Below are positions 37,303 through 51,853 of a DNA stretch of 64,000 nt, piece by piece; within the stretch, counting starts at the first letter, position 1, and every line of letters begins with the position of its first letter. The DNA lies in NCBI GenBank assembly GCA_964035545.1, contig OZ037765.1:28457504-28521503 (forward strand), given 5' to 3'. The DNA is from Bugula neritina. Taxonomy: Eukaryota > Animalia > Bryozoa. A program made the position numbers and the translations under genes. The notes below the pieces were generated by a model, which was given only the letters and a program-made list of their open reading frames with translations, searched no databases and was not told where the DNA came from.

Positions 37303-40300
37303 ACTCATTTGGTTTATTCTTATTATTTCTGTCTATTTGTCTACATGGTTTTATGCATTATATTTCAACTGATCTCTTCATTTATGTTTTAAAATATGTA
37401 TATGTATGCTTAATGAGTGATATCTATGTTGCACTATTATTTTATTATAATATAAACAATTTATTTTTATCTCATCTAAAATATCGTGTTAGTAGTATAA
37501 TTTGATGAAAAAGATAAATAATATAATGGCAATCTCTCGGTCACTTATTGTGATGATAATTTCCCTTCTTCCTCTTCCTTCAAGTGATGAGCTATCTATG
37601 CTGTCCAAGACTTTTATATCATGTTATACTGTGACTAGGTAGCTGTCCATTCTATTCTAGTATATATTATACACATTGATATATATTTATTTTAATATGA
37701 CTGTGTTGTTTTCTTTTTTTGGTAATTCCGTCCATGAATACACTGTGTTGTGGCATTTTCTAGATCTCCTTTCAGAATCATTATGATCTTCCGCTATTTA
37801 TTTCGCTAGTTGCCGGTGTTTATGAATTTACTGTATTTATGTTAGTCATTTTATCTTTTTTTTTGTAATTTTTCATCATATTATAATAAAGTTGTGTGAG
37901 TGACTCATGTGTGCTTAGTGTTTTCATGTTATCCTTATTACTAATACTAAAACCTATATACTGTAAATCAACACAGCTGACCAGTTTATGACATTTTCAA
38001 CTAGTCTGGAGTTATTTATGTACATAGATGTAATTAATCCAGATAGCTGCTCTCTTACAGTTCACTTAAATGTCATGTTTGAAGTGTCTGTTTTCCCTGC
38101 CAGTTTTCACTCACTGTATGATAGGTTAGTAGAATTACATAGAATCTACAGTGTCTGGTTTTAGCTTTTTATCAGCAGCAGATTTAATTAGTTTTCCTGT
38201 ACTCCATCCTTGGCTGTGCGAGGATTATGTTTAGTTGAAAGCCTAACAGTTTCCTAAACATAATCTAAAGAGAAAGTGAGTTTAGAAAAAATAATAAAGA
38301 TGGACATACTAGACAAGCTTGTGATTGCACTGGATTGCTGGTGTAAAGACAATGAAAACATTATATGGTGTCCATTGAAATGCAGATAAACTGTTCAGCA
38401 TAAGCTGTAGAGGCTTAAGTACATCTTCTTCCATCAAACTGATGTCTCCGGGCTCCTCCACAATTTGAAATATAAGCAATTGGCTAATTGAACAATTTGA
38501 CAGTTGATTTGAGTTGGAATCAGCTATATGCTGCACTCATATTCTAGTGGAATGAGTAAAATGTGGTTATATAAGCCTAACATTTCTAAATAGGCTCTGT
38601 CTATTAAATTAAAGTTGTTTCAAACATTTGTTTTATGTGTGTTCTGTGAATTCAGCAACATTTCCATGAGTCAACTATATGATAAGCTAGAATCTAAAGG
38701 TGCTTTCTCTTTCACCCTTAAATCAAGTGGATAGATTGAAGCTACAATGAAGTTATGTTTTCTTATAGTCATGTAAAAAGTAATACTACCTATTCTGTTA
38801 CATGGAGACTACTGAATAAATCTAATGTTTGCCTTTCCGGTCTTGAATTGAGTGCCAATGAATGAGGTTACTCCCATGTAAACACGTAACTTTCCTGCTT
38901 GTCTGCTGCTACTATTGCTATGGAGATAGATATGTTTACATATCATTATAGTTAGCTGACTCATTTATCACACATCCTCTCTATATGGCTCAGCATTTCC
39001 TATCCTGATGTAACTGATCAACTTTTATTATCTGTTTGTACATCTTCCATGATACAGCTTTATACTCACAATGATGTGAATCAACCATTTCTATAGCAAA
39101 TTAAATAAAATTTGAAACTTTTATAAGTATGACTACACTTTTTATTATGTTGTCCAAATAGATTTAAACAGTAGACTATATAGCAGAAGGTTACGTAAAT
39201 ATAGTGAAAAGAGAAAAGCCTATTGATTGGCTAAACAGTAAGATAACCTAACTACTTTTGCATTGGTGTCATCTTCAATTTTATCAACATGCTTTCTATC
39301 TCTTATTTACTATCTTAGAAATCTTATCTCCCTGAGATGGCTAATTCCCTTTGTTATCTATGCAAAATTAACTTCCAGATAAGATGAATGGGAATAATGG
39401 TTTAAGCTAATAATATTAGTGCATTTAAATTCTAATTACACTGAATGACTCTGACAAGAAGAGTTTATTCAAGTGATAAGGACTTTCAACCAATTGACTA
39501 CTTCCAACTGCAATGCAGTAGCTGTACTAACTTCTAGCTGCATGCATTATGCTAAGCCTATGGCTGGATATGCAAGCATTTTCTCAAGGTAGGTATTGGA
39601 AGATATTTTGAAAAATCTGTATTTTTAACTTAGCATTCTTAACCTGCAGAACATATATTATACACGTACTGATAGCAATTCTTTACATTCAAAGATCTCA
39701 AATAACTTTCAAGCTGCCAAAACTGCTCGCAAGTCATGCTACATTTGCCTACTAAAATCTGTACTGTACATAGTATTATAGCAATTGCACTGTATAGTTT
39801 CTATGTCAATATTGCTTGTATTATTCATGTATATTTATGTTTCATTGCGTATTAATACTACGTCATGGTTATATGCAAGATTGAAAGATTTAGATGGAAA
39901 TTTATAGAAAGATTGACTTTAAATAATTGAGCATTCAAAACTTGTTAGTTAGCCTCAATTACAACTTTTTATCAGATTATCAGTATGTAAATTAGTTTAA
40001 GTATTACTAATGATGTATTAATAATTATTTCAAATGCTGAAGAGCAGGATTTTGTAAAATCTGCCCGTAAGAAGTAATCTCCCACAATTCCATGTTACAA
40101 AGTCATTTGCATGTGGAGTCCCATAAAGAATAAGTTGAGTGCAAAGAATAGGCTAGTTGTTAAATCTGTTTTAAGCAAATTTTAACCAATGAAAGCAGAC
40201 GTTTTAAAAGTTTGAAATTGATTTATACGTTTATGACGAGTATTAATATAATTCTTATATTATTCAGTAGATACAGAGACAGTCATGCAATTAAATGGTC

Positions 40301-41985
40301 AGAAACGCAAAGGTTCAGATTACAACTTGGCTGATTGAGAAAAAGTTGAGATAATGTTTTATTTTATGAACAGTTTTTAATGAATTGTTATGTTTGGCTT
40401 CTTTCCAAACAAAAGTTATAACTTTTGTAAACTTATTTTTCATGAAAAGGTAAATATTGGCCATGCTGTTTGAATTGTTCACAAAGATAATAAGAAATAA
40501 GCCAAGCATAACAAAGTGTGGTTGGGCACATCTAAGGCTATTAACGTTATTAGGGTATTGTGTTCAGATTTCCCAACACTTCACACATTGTTTACTCTAC
40601 TTAAGAAATGTAAAGAACTTGAAGCTGGGGGATCAGATTTAGGCTATTTTGTGGTCTTATTTGTGATGAAGACTTTTACTAATGTAGTGTTATTCTAACT
40701 AATAGACAAAGTGTTTGTGTTTCCTGCAGTCATTTGAGAAATCAAACTCTCAACTTTTGGGTAAGATTTGCTTGATTATCAGGTATATTAGAATAATGAT
40801 CAGGTCAATGTAAATGTCAATTGTTGTTGATCATTTCAGTTTTTAAGTAGTTTAAAAACTAGATTTAAAAACTATTGAAAATGAGAATGGTAGCTCATAC
40901 TTTTCTCAAAAGTTAGGCTTTTTTAAGAGGAGATGTTGTTTACGGTGATTTACAATTGCATCATTATTTAAGTTGACAAAACAGATCAAATTTATTTTAT
41001 CTGGTCCAAATTCTTAATGCAAATATGCTTTATCTGTGTATTAACCACCTATCAAGTTTTTCTCCCACTCATTTCATGTAAGTTGTGTAAACAGTAATCA
41101 ACTGGTATTCCTAAAATTAAAATCTGCAAAACGGTTATTATATTATGATTTATCACTACATTAGCTAGTTTGCTTGGAGAGGTTTTGCAGTAATCATAGA
41201 ATTAAGTAATTACATTAGTTAAAGTTCCAGTGCAGCTCAATGCATGAATGATTGCTTTAGTCCAATCAATGCTGCGGTTAAGTCGTAATCCTAATTCCAA
41301 CAGTTGTTGGTATTTTATACGCAACTGCAGGTTTTAGTAGAAGCAAAAACAGGGTGAGTTTAAGCAAACGGTTATGATGCAGTAGTTAAATGATTCAGCT
41401 TTTCAACAACTGTTTTTACTGGAACTTTGAGCAATTATGGTTTGCAGATACTTTTAGACGCGCCTATTTTTTTAAATTATTTGATTTTTTATTTGCTTGG
41501 AATATTTTGTTGCATTTTGATTTGAGGTTGAAGCAGCTGACTCTTACAACACCTCATCGTCTGGTGGAGTGTTTGTGTTGTAAACAATAATACAATATTG
41601 TTCAAAATATTTGGGGCAAGGTTTTTGTTTTTAAAATGCTGAAAGAAGTTTGAAAAGTTTTTGTATAAAATCTATTATATTTTGCTAATTCTTAGCTCAG
41701 ACTTCATGCTCTTTGTGAATAAAATGATCAGGTTAATGAGCTGATCCTAGTGCATCACTAATGTAGTGACTGCTCATAAGTAAAAACATATTTTATAAGT
41801 GTAAGAAAATAAAATCTTGCATTGTTTGGTGACTTTGATATTCATTTAAAGCTTTGAATAACTATGTTGCCTTTTACAGAGTGAACTAAGGATTAAAGTA
41901 TTGTTACTAGTATAAGACCCTATTGCAGAGGAAACAAAGAAATCTCAAGTGTTGGTGTGAAAACTAGTTCAGTTTTAAGGAGACA

Positions 41986-44900
41986 ATGCTGTCAGGTAGA
42001 TTACCAGCCACAAAGCTCTCAGTGACACTGACTTTAGCTGCAATATTTTTACATTGCATGACTCTTATAACAAAAGTGGACTGCTCTTCGAGCACAGATA
42101 TCTTTATGATAGATGCTGTAAACCAGCAGTCCTATCCAATAGAAACAAACGAGTTGGCAACCGATGAACAAACAGAACAAGTGGAGGATAAAATCCTTCA
42201 ACTTCTCGGTCTTCCAGATACACCACGGCCTTCATATAAACATTTAAAAAATGACTCAGCGCCCCAGTTTATGATGCGATTATACCAGGAAATACAGAAA
42301 CAAGAGGGGTTGGAAGAAATCATGCCTACAGCTGCTCCATCTCAAGAAGACATTGGGCCAGAGTACAGAAATCTCTCTTACAATATAAATGAGCATGAGA
42401 AGATTGAAAACGTTGATATAGTAATAAGCTTTGTCAATCAGCGTGAGTAAAATAATAATTTAACAAATTTTCAGTCATTGAAAGTGCACAAATATTTAGT
42501 TATAAGCTCAGTAACCGAGTTACTAACTTAAATATCTTATTTGGTAATTTGAGAATTTGTGCAATGCAATATTTCACTCAAAATTATCGCTCTAGTACAA
42601 AATAGTGATATGTAATTGCAGCTTTGATATTGGCTAACCCTGTGTAAACAAGAATTACTATAAATAGTTTTAAGCATTAAGCTTTATATACAGGTTGAAA
42701 GCATTACCAGGTGGAAATTTTTCTTCTTAATCTGTGAGTCATCAGCAGCTGAAAAATTTTAGTAGTCCAATACAGAACTTTTCTTCAACGTGAAGGTATT
42801 TGCTTTGAAAAAAGCAGACACGTTTCACAACTTCCAACTCACATTACAGCAAGCCAATCTAGAAGGACAAATTAAATGAAATGTGTTTATCCAGTAAGTG
42901 GATGTTGAAAGCTTTCAGTATTATTTCTGTCTAACTTAGACAGCCTTTGCTTGATGCTTACCATAGCCATTAAAACAGAAACTAGCTTTTTCAGATATTT
43001 CAAAAGGACTAAGGAGGACCTCTCTAGGATGTAAAACCAGTCTGTGACACTGGCAATATTTTTTTATTTCAGCAATACTAAATTCTAAAATAAGTGTAAT
43101 AGTGGAGAGATTTAATTTTCTTAATAAATTTTGGTTTGAGGTGTAGGTTGAAATTCTCTCAAGAACATATAAACTTTTTTGCTAAAGTTCTAATCTAGAA
43201 CACTGGCTTTTCTTAATTACTGCACCTACCTCTAAATTCTGCTGGCTATTGTAGAACTATAAACACAACTTCCAGCAAGCTGGGACTTTTTCTAAAAATC
43301 TTCCAGCACTAGTAATAGGCACTTCACAGATAGTCTCTTCATTTTACAGAAATCTCTGGAAAACTCGGGTATTTTGCTATAAATTGATTTTGACCTTTGT
43401 TTGGCATAATATTATTACTCTACACTATTAAAGGCTTGGCTTTACATCTGTTAGCTTCATTTGTTTCGATTTTGATTTTGCCATTTACTCAAAGTTAAAA
43501 TTAATTGTAATATTTTTGGCAAATTCACCATTAAAACTTGAATAATACCACCATAATATATTGAAAAACATTAGGCAACGGCCACTGCGACTAGACAGGC
43601 AAGCTATGATCATGTTAATAGCCAATGTTACCTGTTAGTAGTGATGTTTGTTAACTAAGAACTCTACACGAGATGCTGTCACAGGTCATTAATTTGATAA
43701 AATCATCCTGTATTTCATATCAAACAAGTGACTGGCACTGAGGTTCCTGTATACCCACTTCATCATCTACAGTTTCATGTTTATTGTTCTAACTGAGTGC
43801 ATTATTAATAAATATTTTAGGGAGAGTCTCAAATTTCTAACAAAATATGCATTATTCAGATGTCTAAACCATTCTACTCTGCTAGCAAATACCTGCATGC
43901 AAATGATGTACAACTTCACGCTAGAGTTGAATAGTATCTTCAAATATTTTAGCTGGAAAGAGCACTACATTCGGAATTGAAAATGAGCATGACAGAAGGT
44001 AATTATATTGTACCAGTAACTCCGCTATTTCAATAATTATACTGGCTTATTGATAATTTATGAGGGCTCTTTTATATAATATTATATAACAACTGGTGGT
44101 CACATGATAATAAAATTCAGGGAGCCAGTACCAAATTACTTATGCACCATCATGCTTTTACTGAAAGTATAAACACTTTGAACACTTAAGGTTGGCTCAA
44201 ATAGATCCATTATGCTTGTACCCTGTGCTTCAAATCTTCTCCAGGTATTATTTTGAACTGGAGGATGTACCTGACAGCGAACTTAGAGATGCTGAGCTCA
44301 GAGTGTACAAAGCTAAGCCACACCACCATCATCACAAGTACTTCTTTACAGCCTTTAGAATAGATGAATCATCTGACAACTTAGACACGTGAGTGTAGAA
44401 AATCAAGTCAGCAGAAATATCAAATAAGATAATTTAATCACATATATCTTATGCAAACTAAAATTATGTTCAAAGTCTTTAATTCACTTAATGATAAAAA
44501 TAATGAAAAGAGTTTATATATTTTATTTGTTTTTTTTTAAACAATATCTTACGCTAAAATATTTAAGTGCCTCTTAATATAAATAGGAAATTGACTTGAA
44601 GTTTCATAACAAATCTTTATACAAGCAAGGGATGTTTTTATATAATAAGATGGCATCACGCTGTATTATACTAAAGATATTATTCATGATCTTTTGTGAA
44701 GTAAAGCTATTTTTATTTTACCCGAATAGTTTACCTCTTTTTACATGCTCAACTTCAACAAATGTTTTTAAATCATATAACCACTTTACACGCTACACGG
44801 GTGAACTGCCGAACTTTGAAATTCAAGTTGCATTTCACCAAACTTTGCTGTCTGACATAGGTTTGGCTTGACAGTGTTGGACACATTGACAGTGAATGGC

Positions 44901-46673
44901 TCATATGAAGGGTGGCTGGTATTCAATGTGTCGGTGGCATTGGACACATGGCTGCACAGTAATGCCACTAATCTTGGGATCTTCTTAGAAGCCCGATTAC
45001 TGTCAGGTTTGTGGTTCAAAGACAAAATAGCTTGAAGTAAACATATTTTATTGAGAAAAAAAAACAATTGTAGTTTTCTAAGTAGCTTTTTAAATATTAA
45101 CGTAAGAACTAACAAGTTTTGTTTAAACTATGATCTACTAGTACTAGATTGGATTAGAACTACACAATAGTTGCTATGTTCTGATGTATCAAAGTAATAA
45201 TAATTCTAGCAAACTCATTATCTCTAGTGATAATCACACTATACTTTACATCAATTATTACATTGAATGATGGTGTAATTAGCTGAAAGTGAAACCAATC
45301 TATCAAATATTATGCCAACATCAATCATTGGTCTATTTATTATAGATTATTTAATATTAAGTCTGTGAAGATTGTAATATGCTAAAAAAAAAGGAAATTA
45401 TTATATTTATAAAACTATCGCGTGTTCGCATGAATTGCAAAAATTAATCATATACCTAATCTATAGCACAAGTTTTCAACGCAATAATGTAAATTGTCTT
45501 ATGTTGCAAGACTACAAGTGATTACTGCGTGAATCTTATATTTTGAAATATAAAAAAAAAAATTAAAAGTACAAAATAATTTCCTTTAATGGTATAGGAT
45601 TGCCACATGCACACTTTTGCATTGCTCGATCTGCCCTAAAGCTATGATATCTGCCTAAACCCAATAAAATGCTATACTTCTGTAGGTGAGACGCTGCTAC
45701 CCCACCAGGCTGGTATTGTCAATAGACATGGAGAGCATCACAAGCAATGCTTCATGGTGGCTTTCTTCAAATCACTGGTACCTCTGAGTAAGAAGATTGC
45801 AGAGATACAGACCCCACTGGTAGTGAAGAGGAAGAAGAGATCTACAAGTACCGTAGATGATTACTGGAACGCCCCAATCGGCAAGCATCTGATAATACAA
45901 ACACTCTTAGCAATAGATTTTATATTCCTAGCTATAGATAGTATATTCTCAACTATAGATATTATAATATACCCCAAAACTTCCAAAGTTGAAGCATGAA
46001 TTAAGTATTAAAGCATTTTTTTGTCTTCACACAGTAATTATTGTTTTAGGTACATAATTATGGTTAACCCTTCAAAATCTCCAGGTTGCAAAGAAGATGT
46101 ATATTATAATAGTTAATTAATTAATGCATAGAGAGCATAACTCCAACCAATATATAGTCGACTACCTAGTCTATTCCCAGTCAGATAATTTTCATTTTAT
46201 AATGAGATCTCATGTTGTAGACAAAGTCACATGGTCTATAAAATATTTTGAACACTAAAAATAAAGTTTGAAGTTATATAATATAATATAACTTGACATT
46301 ATAGTTTAGCAGAATGATTTATATTATAATGAAATTTTTGATTTCTAGATAACAAATACACAAGAAAGATGTGCCAGAGAAAGCATTTGTATGTTCAATT
46401 TAAAAGATTGAGATTTGATGTGAGTATAACTATGTTCCCCCATTATATTTTTATTTGAAAGAATATAACGATTTTGCTAACAAATGTAAATAATGATACA
46501 GTGCAAAGGCAAAAGTTACAACCCTGCTACCATGTTCTTTTTTATACTTATTTAACAACGTGGTTTACACTATTATTATTAATCTAGCAATTATACAATA
46601 AGATGCCAATTGTTGATAATGTTCAATATTCATCTTTTTTATACATATTATATTATCATTATATATGTATGTG

Positions 46674-46765
<92 letters not shown>

Positions 46766-47386
46766 TGTGTGTGTGTGTGTCACAGCATCAGCAATGTAAG
46801 TATTTGTCGTTTTAGAGCTGGATTATAGCCCCAGATGGTTATCCCGCTTTCTATTGCGAGGGCGAGTGCTCGTTCCCTTTGAGCTCTCATATGAATGCAA
46901 CCAACCATGCTATTGTACAGACTCTGGTCAGTCTCATTCAGCCTAAGCGCTTCCCTAAAGCATGCTGTGCCCCAAAGAAGCTCTCCGCCATTACAGTCCT
47001 CTACTTTGATAAGACACAGAATGTAGTTATGAAAAGGTGGGTATCTATCTGCTATTATTACTCTATTGTAAATGATCGGGGAAAATTACTTTCATTTTGT
47101 TTTGGTTCACATACAGCTCTTTAAGCTGTAAGCATTGATTTTAGAAATATGTTACCATCGCTTCTACTATAGGCCTACTATAGGATTCTTTAAAAAATAT
47201 ATTTATGCATTGAGATTTTTTCACTTTAATGCTGCTTTATATTGTATTGTATTGCCCATGTATATGAGTTTGTAAATAGAGTAGTTGTAACCTGCCTGCT
47301 GCTGTAGTATAGCTTTTAATTGGTTTCCTATCATCTACTTTAATAGGTACAAGAATATGGTGGTACAGTCGTGTGGGTGCCATTAA
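41986..47386 (+). CDS. BMP5-8: Bone morphogenetic protein of the BMP5/6/7/8 (60A/gbb) class, complete preproprotein
   Basis: Exons 41986-42442, 43953-43998, 44245-44388, 44861-45006, 45686-45880, 46349-46419, 46816-47036, 47347-47386 (TAA). Hydrophobic signal peptide. Prodomain motifs [47 protein letters not shown]. Furin site RKKR. Mature domain [10 protein letters not shown]...[37 protein letters not shown]...[19 protein letters not shown]...[12 protein letters not shown] with 7 cysteines; [13 protein letters not shown] is the BMP5-8 signature. Confidence 0.95.
46668..46780. repeat. Compound (GT)n(GCGT)n(GT)n microsatellite in a BMP intron
   Basis: Directly visible, about 35 nt upstream of the acceptor at 46816. 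Confidence 0.97.
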
Positions 47387-47730
47387 TACAGTGACCTGCA
47401 GCCTGCTATACACTGCACTGTAATTGAATGAAATGTATTAGTATTTTTATAACTTTATTTTATTGTCTTGTTTATATATGTACATACAGCTTCCACACAT
47501 TGAAAATATATTAATGATAAAGGTTTGTATCATTTCTACGCATGTTATAATACTACTGCAGTTTTGAGTATCAATTCTAGTAAAATACACATTTAAAGTT
47601 ACGGTTTTAAGCTGTTGTTATCTTATAATGTCTACATAATAATTATTATCAACTATTGTGTCCTCTCACCATTTATATAACTGCTTTTGCTATATGTAAT
47701 AATATATAATATTATATTGATAGGTTTTTT

Positions 47731-47736
47731 AATAAA
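47731..47736 (+). promoter_or_regulatory. Candidate polyadenylation signal (AATAAA) of the BMP gene
   Basis: AATAAA about 345 nt after the stop codon, followed by a T/G-rich stretch; weak evidence in an AT-rich background. Confidence 0.4.
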
Positions 47737-47765
47737 AGTCATTGCTTGCATCTTGTTATGTTAAA

Positions 47766-47939
<174 letters not shown>

Positions 47940-50900
47940 CCATTTTGTTTAGGTAAAATGCAGAGTAGAACAACTCCAAACTGTTGCAAACGTAAACAAC
48001 TAATTTAAGGTGTAGTATCTCAATTAATTGCTAATGAGGACATTAAAACTTAGTAAAGTGTTAGCTTTGATTTTGTACTTTATCTCATACGACAAAAGTC
48101 ACAGCCTCAGCCTTGAAGCATTTCCTTACAGCTGCTTATTTTTGTAAAGTGTATAATAACGCCCATTTGAGAGTTCATACGTCTGTGACGTGTGAGAGAC
48201 GCCTGTATCATGTAAAAGACGGTCAGACACAACAACTTTAAGTCACAGAGGAGTTGCAGCTTATCAGACATGCAAAAGAAAAGAAAGCAGAAATCAATAA
48301 TAATTTAATTAGAATTGCAGTAAACTAAAACAATATTTATTATATGAGCTCTTTATAATTTCAACAAATGTTGTAATAATCTTATAGAACAGTGTATAAT
48401 AAGTTATCATTTTTATTATCGGACGACATTTTAGCGAACAGTCTATTTCTACTTCCCAGATTGATATTTTGTCTTTCCATGAACCAACTCAATGTTCAGT
48501 TGAAATGAAATACATAATTATAATCATGTTACAAACTTGACCTGCTCTTAAACTTAGTGTTGCAAAAGAAGTCAAAATGAGTTGTTGATTCATATTGATA
48601 TGTTTCGTGATAGTTACAATAATATTATACTTTCCGCTGACCAAAGTGTCAGTTTATAGGCGTGGATGTACTGCATATTGTTCAAGTTTTAGTTTTATAT
48701 AAATTATATATTAACAAAATAGTATGCAACCAGCTTTCAGTCAAAACTATTAGTGGTTAAAAGATTATACATTAATATATCAAATTTGCTAAAAGGATTG
48801 ATCCAATGGGATTTCATAACTCATTGGTGAGATGTTTTCAAGATCTATAATTGACTGCTATACAGCAAATAAATATATAATATAACCAGGATAATTAGTT
48901 TTTTATTCATCAGAGAATTTATACATGGAGAAAATATAAATTGTGAAATTTCCTTGATTGCTGAAAATGAAATGTATTCAACTAACTGATGTCACCAAGT
49001 TATTTTGCAACTATTTCAATGAAGGCAATTGTTATGTTGACATGGGCTTTGACACGTTTCTATAGATGATGATGCTTGTTCTGTGAATATTCAAAGTGAA
49101 ACATTTGCTGATAAATGATTCAATTTGATATGAAGAAGCTCAGAATTGTAATTACTATTAATTTGGCACCAAATTACTTTTTATGGATTTTAGCCACAAT
49201 TCAGTGCTCCATCCATATTTCACTGTTTCATTTCTCACGAAATTCCATAGGTCACGAGAAGCTGGACTTGAACCCCCTTTTGTGGTTGATTTATGTGTGT
49301 ATAGAAACAAAATGATGAAATTTAAGATATCCATGAGCTAAATATGGTATTCTACTGTGTCACGGATTGAAGTTTTGGGGCCTGTAGCTTAGTGAGGCAT
49401 GGAGGGAGCACTGTATTATTATGATTGGTTAAGGAAGAAAAGGCAAATTCCACTGCTGTTAGCATGGTGCTACACAACTTTAAAATGGTATGACTAAAAC
49501 TGGTTTTGTCTGTAAACATTCAAATACTGGTTACTTCATAAAAATATATACTTTAGAGTTTATTACAGAAGCCATAGACTTTCACAGAAGCCTGTGAAAG
49601 GTTGAAATTAACAAATTAGGGAAAGTAGTTATAGACAAATGATAGGATAACTGATTGAACTGATAATGTTGCTATTACCATGGGATTCACATAATTTAAC
49701 TGACAAAAATTACATCCAACGCTCTGGGCAAAAAGTAAATTAATTTTCACAGCAACAGATGTAACTTTCCTGGCAGACAAAATGACGGAAAAAGACTGGG
49801 TGAGCAATTAACTTAATAGAAAGATTATATTATCTAGAAATTGAATAATGATAGAGAAGAAACTATACATCGCTTTGAAGGAGGACAGAAAATTTGTTGA
49901 CGAATGATGAATGACTTGAATGATTGACCAAGCGAACATCAGTCAACCATGAAATGTATTCTAAAATCACAAAAACAACCTACTATAATCTAGTTTCATC
50001 TTTCACAGTAATTCTCATCAATTGTGATAAATGACAAGCATCAAATTCTGTCGCTACTAGGTGTTTATAAAACACAGTTTACATGTAAGACACGTTTATA
50101 TTTAAGACACAGTGTATATGTAAGACATATAATGTAAACACTGATATTTCAACTTATGGGTGTCTTCATAAGTAGTCATTCTATGAAACAGCCTTGACAC
50201 AGTTGCTCGAACCTCAAGGATTGCTGTATCGTACGAAGGTAAATCATTAAATGTTACTTTATACTTGGTCGGCATGTTCATACTTACAGCCACTCTAAAG
50301 CAGGTATCAATGTTTGTTTTAGTTGGTAATTGAAACATGAAAAGCCGATTTTTTAACTTGAAAACAGTTGTATTTTAAGCTCAAATTTTAGGCCACAGAT
50401 TGAAAAGAAATTTCTTTTCGCCTATTGTCATGTAAGGATTGCGGGTTAAAGCTGAATTTGTTGTATCAAGAGTTGCTTGTATATGTATGTATGTATGTTA
50501 GATGCAGGCTGGCAATTATAACTACAGCATTGCTAAAGTGATAAAGTTTTTGCATTTGTTTGTATAAACACAGTTTGAGAGTGTAGTGCACACAACTAGC
50601 TTAGTTCAGCATAGTAAAGCACTCTCACTGACTTTGTTATCTGCACACCAGACAGGGTAACACACTCAGCGCAGTGCAATTATAGAGATACGATAATCTT
50701 ATAAAACATGAAACACTAAGCTATTGCATTCATTGAAAGTTGTCGCGCTATTCAAGAGTATCGCTGGAAAGGGGAGTGTTAACGCAGTGATGTATCGTGA
50801 TGTAACAAGCAGGCGTAAAAAGAAAGCAAGCAGAATTTCATTATATTCTTCAATAGAAAAAGATGAAGGAAATCAAACGGTGGGTGATTTTTTAAAATAG

Positions 50901-51853
50901 CACAGCATGATGCCAGGAATTGGCCTTAAACTGCTGGCAGCAGATGGTAATAGAATTTCGCAGTTTGTTGGTTCCTGAAAAAAGTAAGGAATAATAATAT
51001 GTTTGCTTGCTACAATTATTTATAACATTTTACATTGTATAAATTTTAAAACAATGTGGGCTTATATTAGCATGAACTTAATACTTGCATACAATGCTTA
51101 TACAGTTTATAAAAATTATCTATAACTATGTAATATTTAATTTATTGTCAATTTAATTAATGATAGCAATATAATTATAATAATCATTTTTCAAAAGATT
51201 TGCCGAATAATTCAATTTAAAAACAACAAATCATACTAATGGCTGCTAACCAGTTTATGCTAATAAGCAAATTCTTTAAACATCGAGGGTTACTGTATAT
51301 TTAGGAAATGTTGATAAAGTTTTAAGCTTACATACACTATAAAATGTTTTGATATAGTTGAACTAGTTTTAGTTGTTGATAAAACTCAACACGAAATGTT
51401 GTAAGAATTTGAAATCAATAAGTATTTTTGAGTTCACTTCCACCACCCACGGACCAGCCTGACTTTAAATAGAGATAATAAACTAAAATCTTCCACAATA
51501 ACCTGGCTCATACTGCTATCATCATAACCTAGACCAAGATAATTATGCAATGCATATATTGGCAGTCATAAAGATAACACAAAGCTACATCTAATGTTAG
51601 CATTATAAACTATACGCTCTCTAAAACATACCAGCATTATTTTTTGATAAAACACACCATTAGCACCGTCTCAATGCTCACAGGCTAGTATTTGTGGTCA
51701 GTGTGACTTTACTGTTGCACATGTAGCCACACATCAATTAACACCAAGGCATGTAGGTGCAAGTATTTGATTACAATTTGTCATATGTGTTCGGGCTACA
51801 TATAACATTATATGCTTATTGCAATAATTTCATTTAAAACTGGAATCTTGAAA

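Noticed and set aside
43573-43596. 24-nt candidate BMP micro-exon with a GC donor
   Set aside because: Its phase is incompatible with exon 1; exon 43953-43998 fits both phase and homology (EHDRRYYF).
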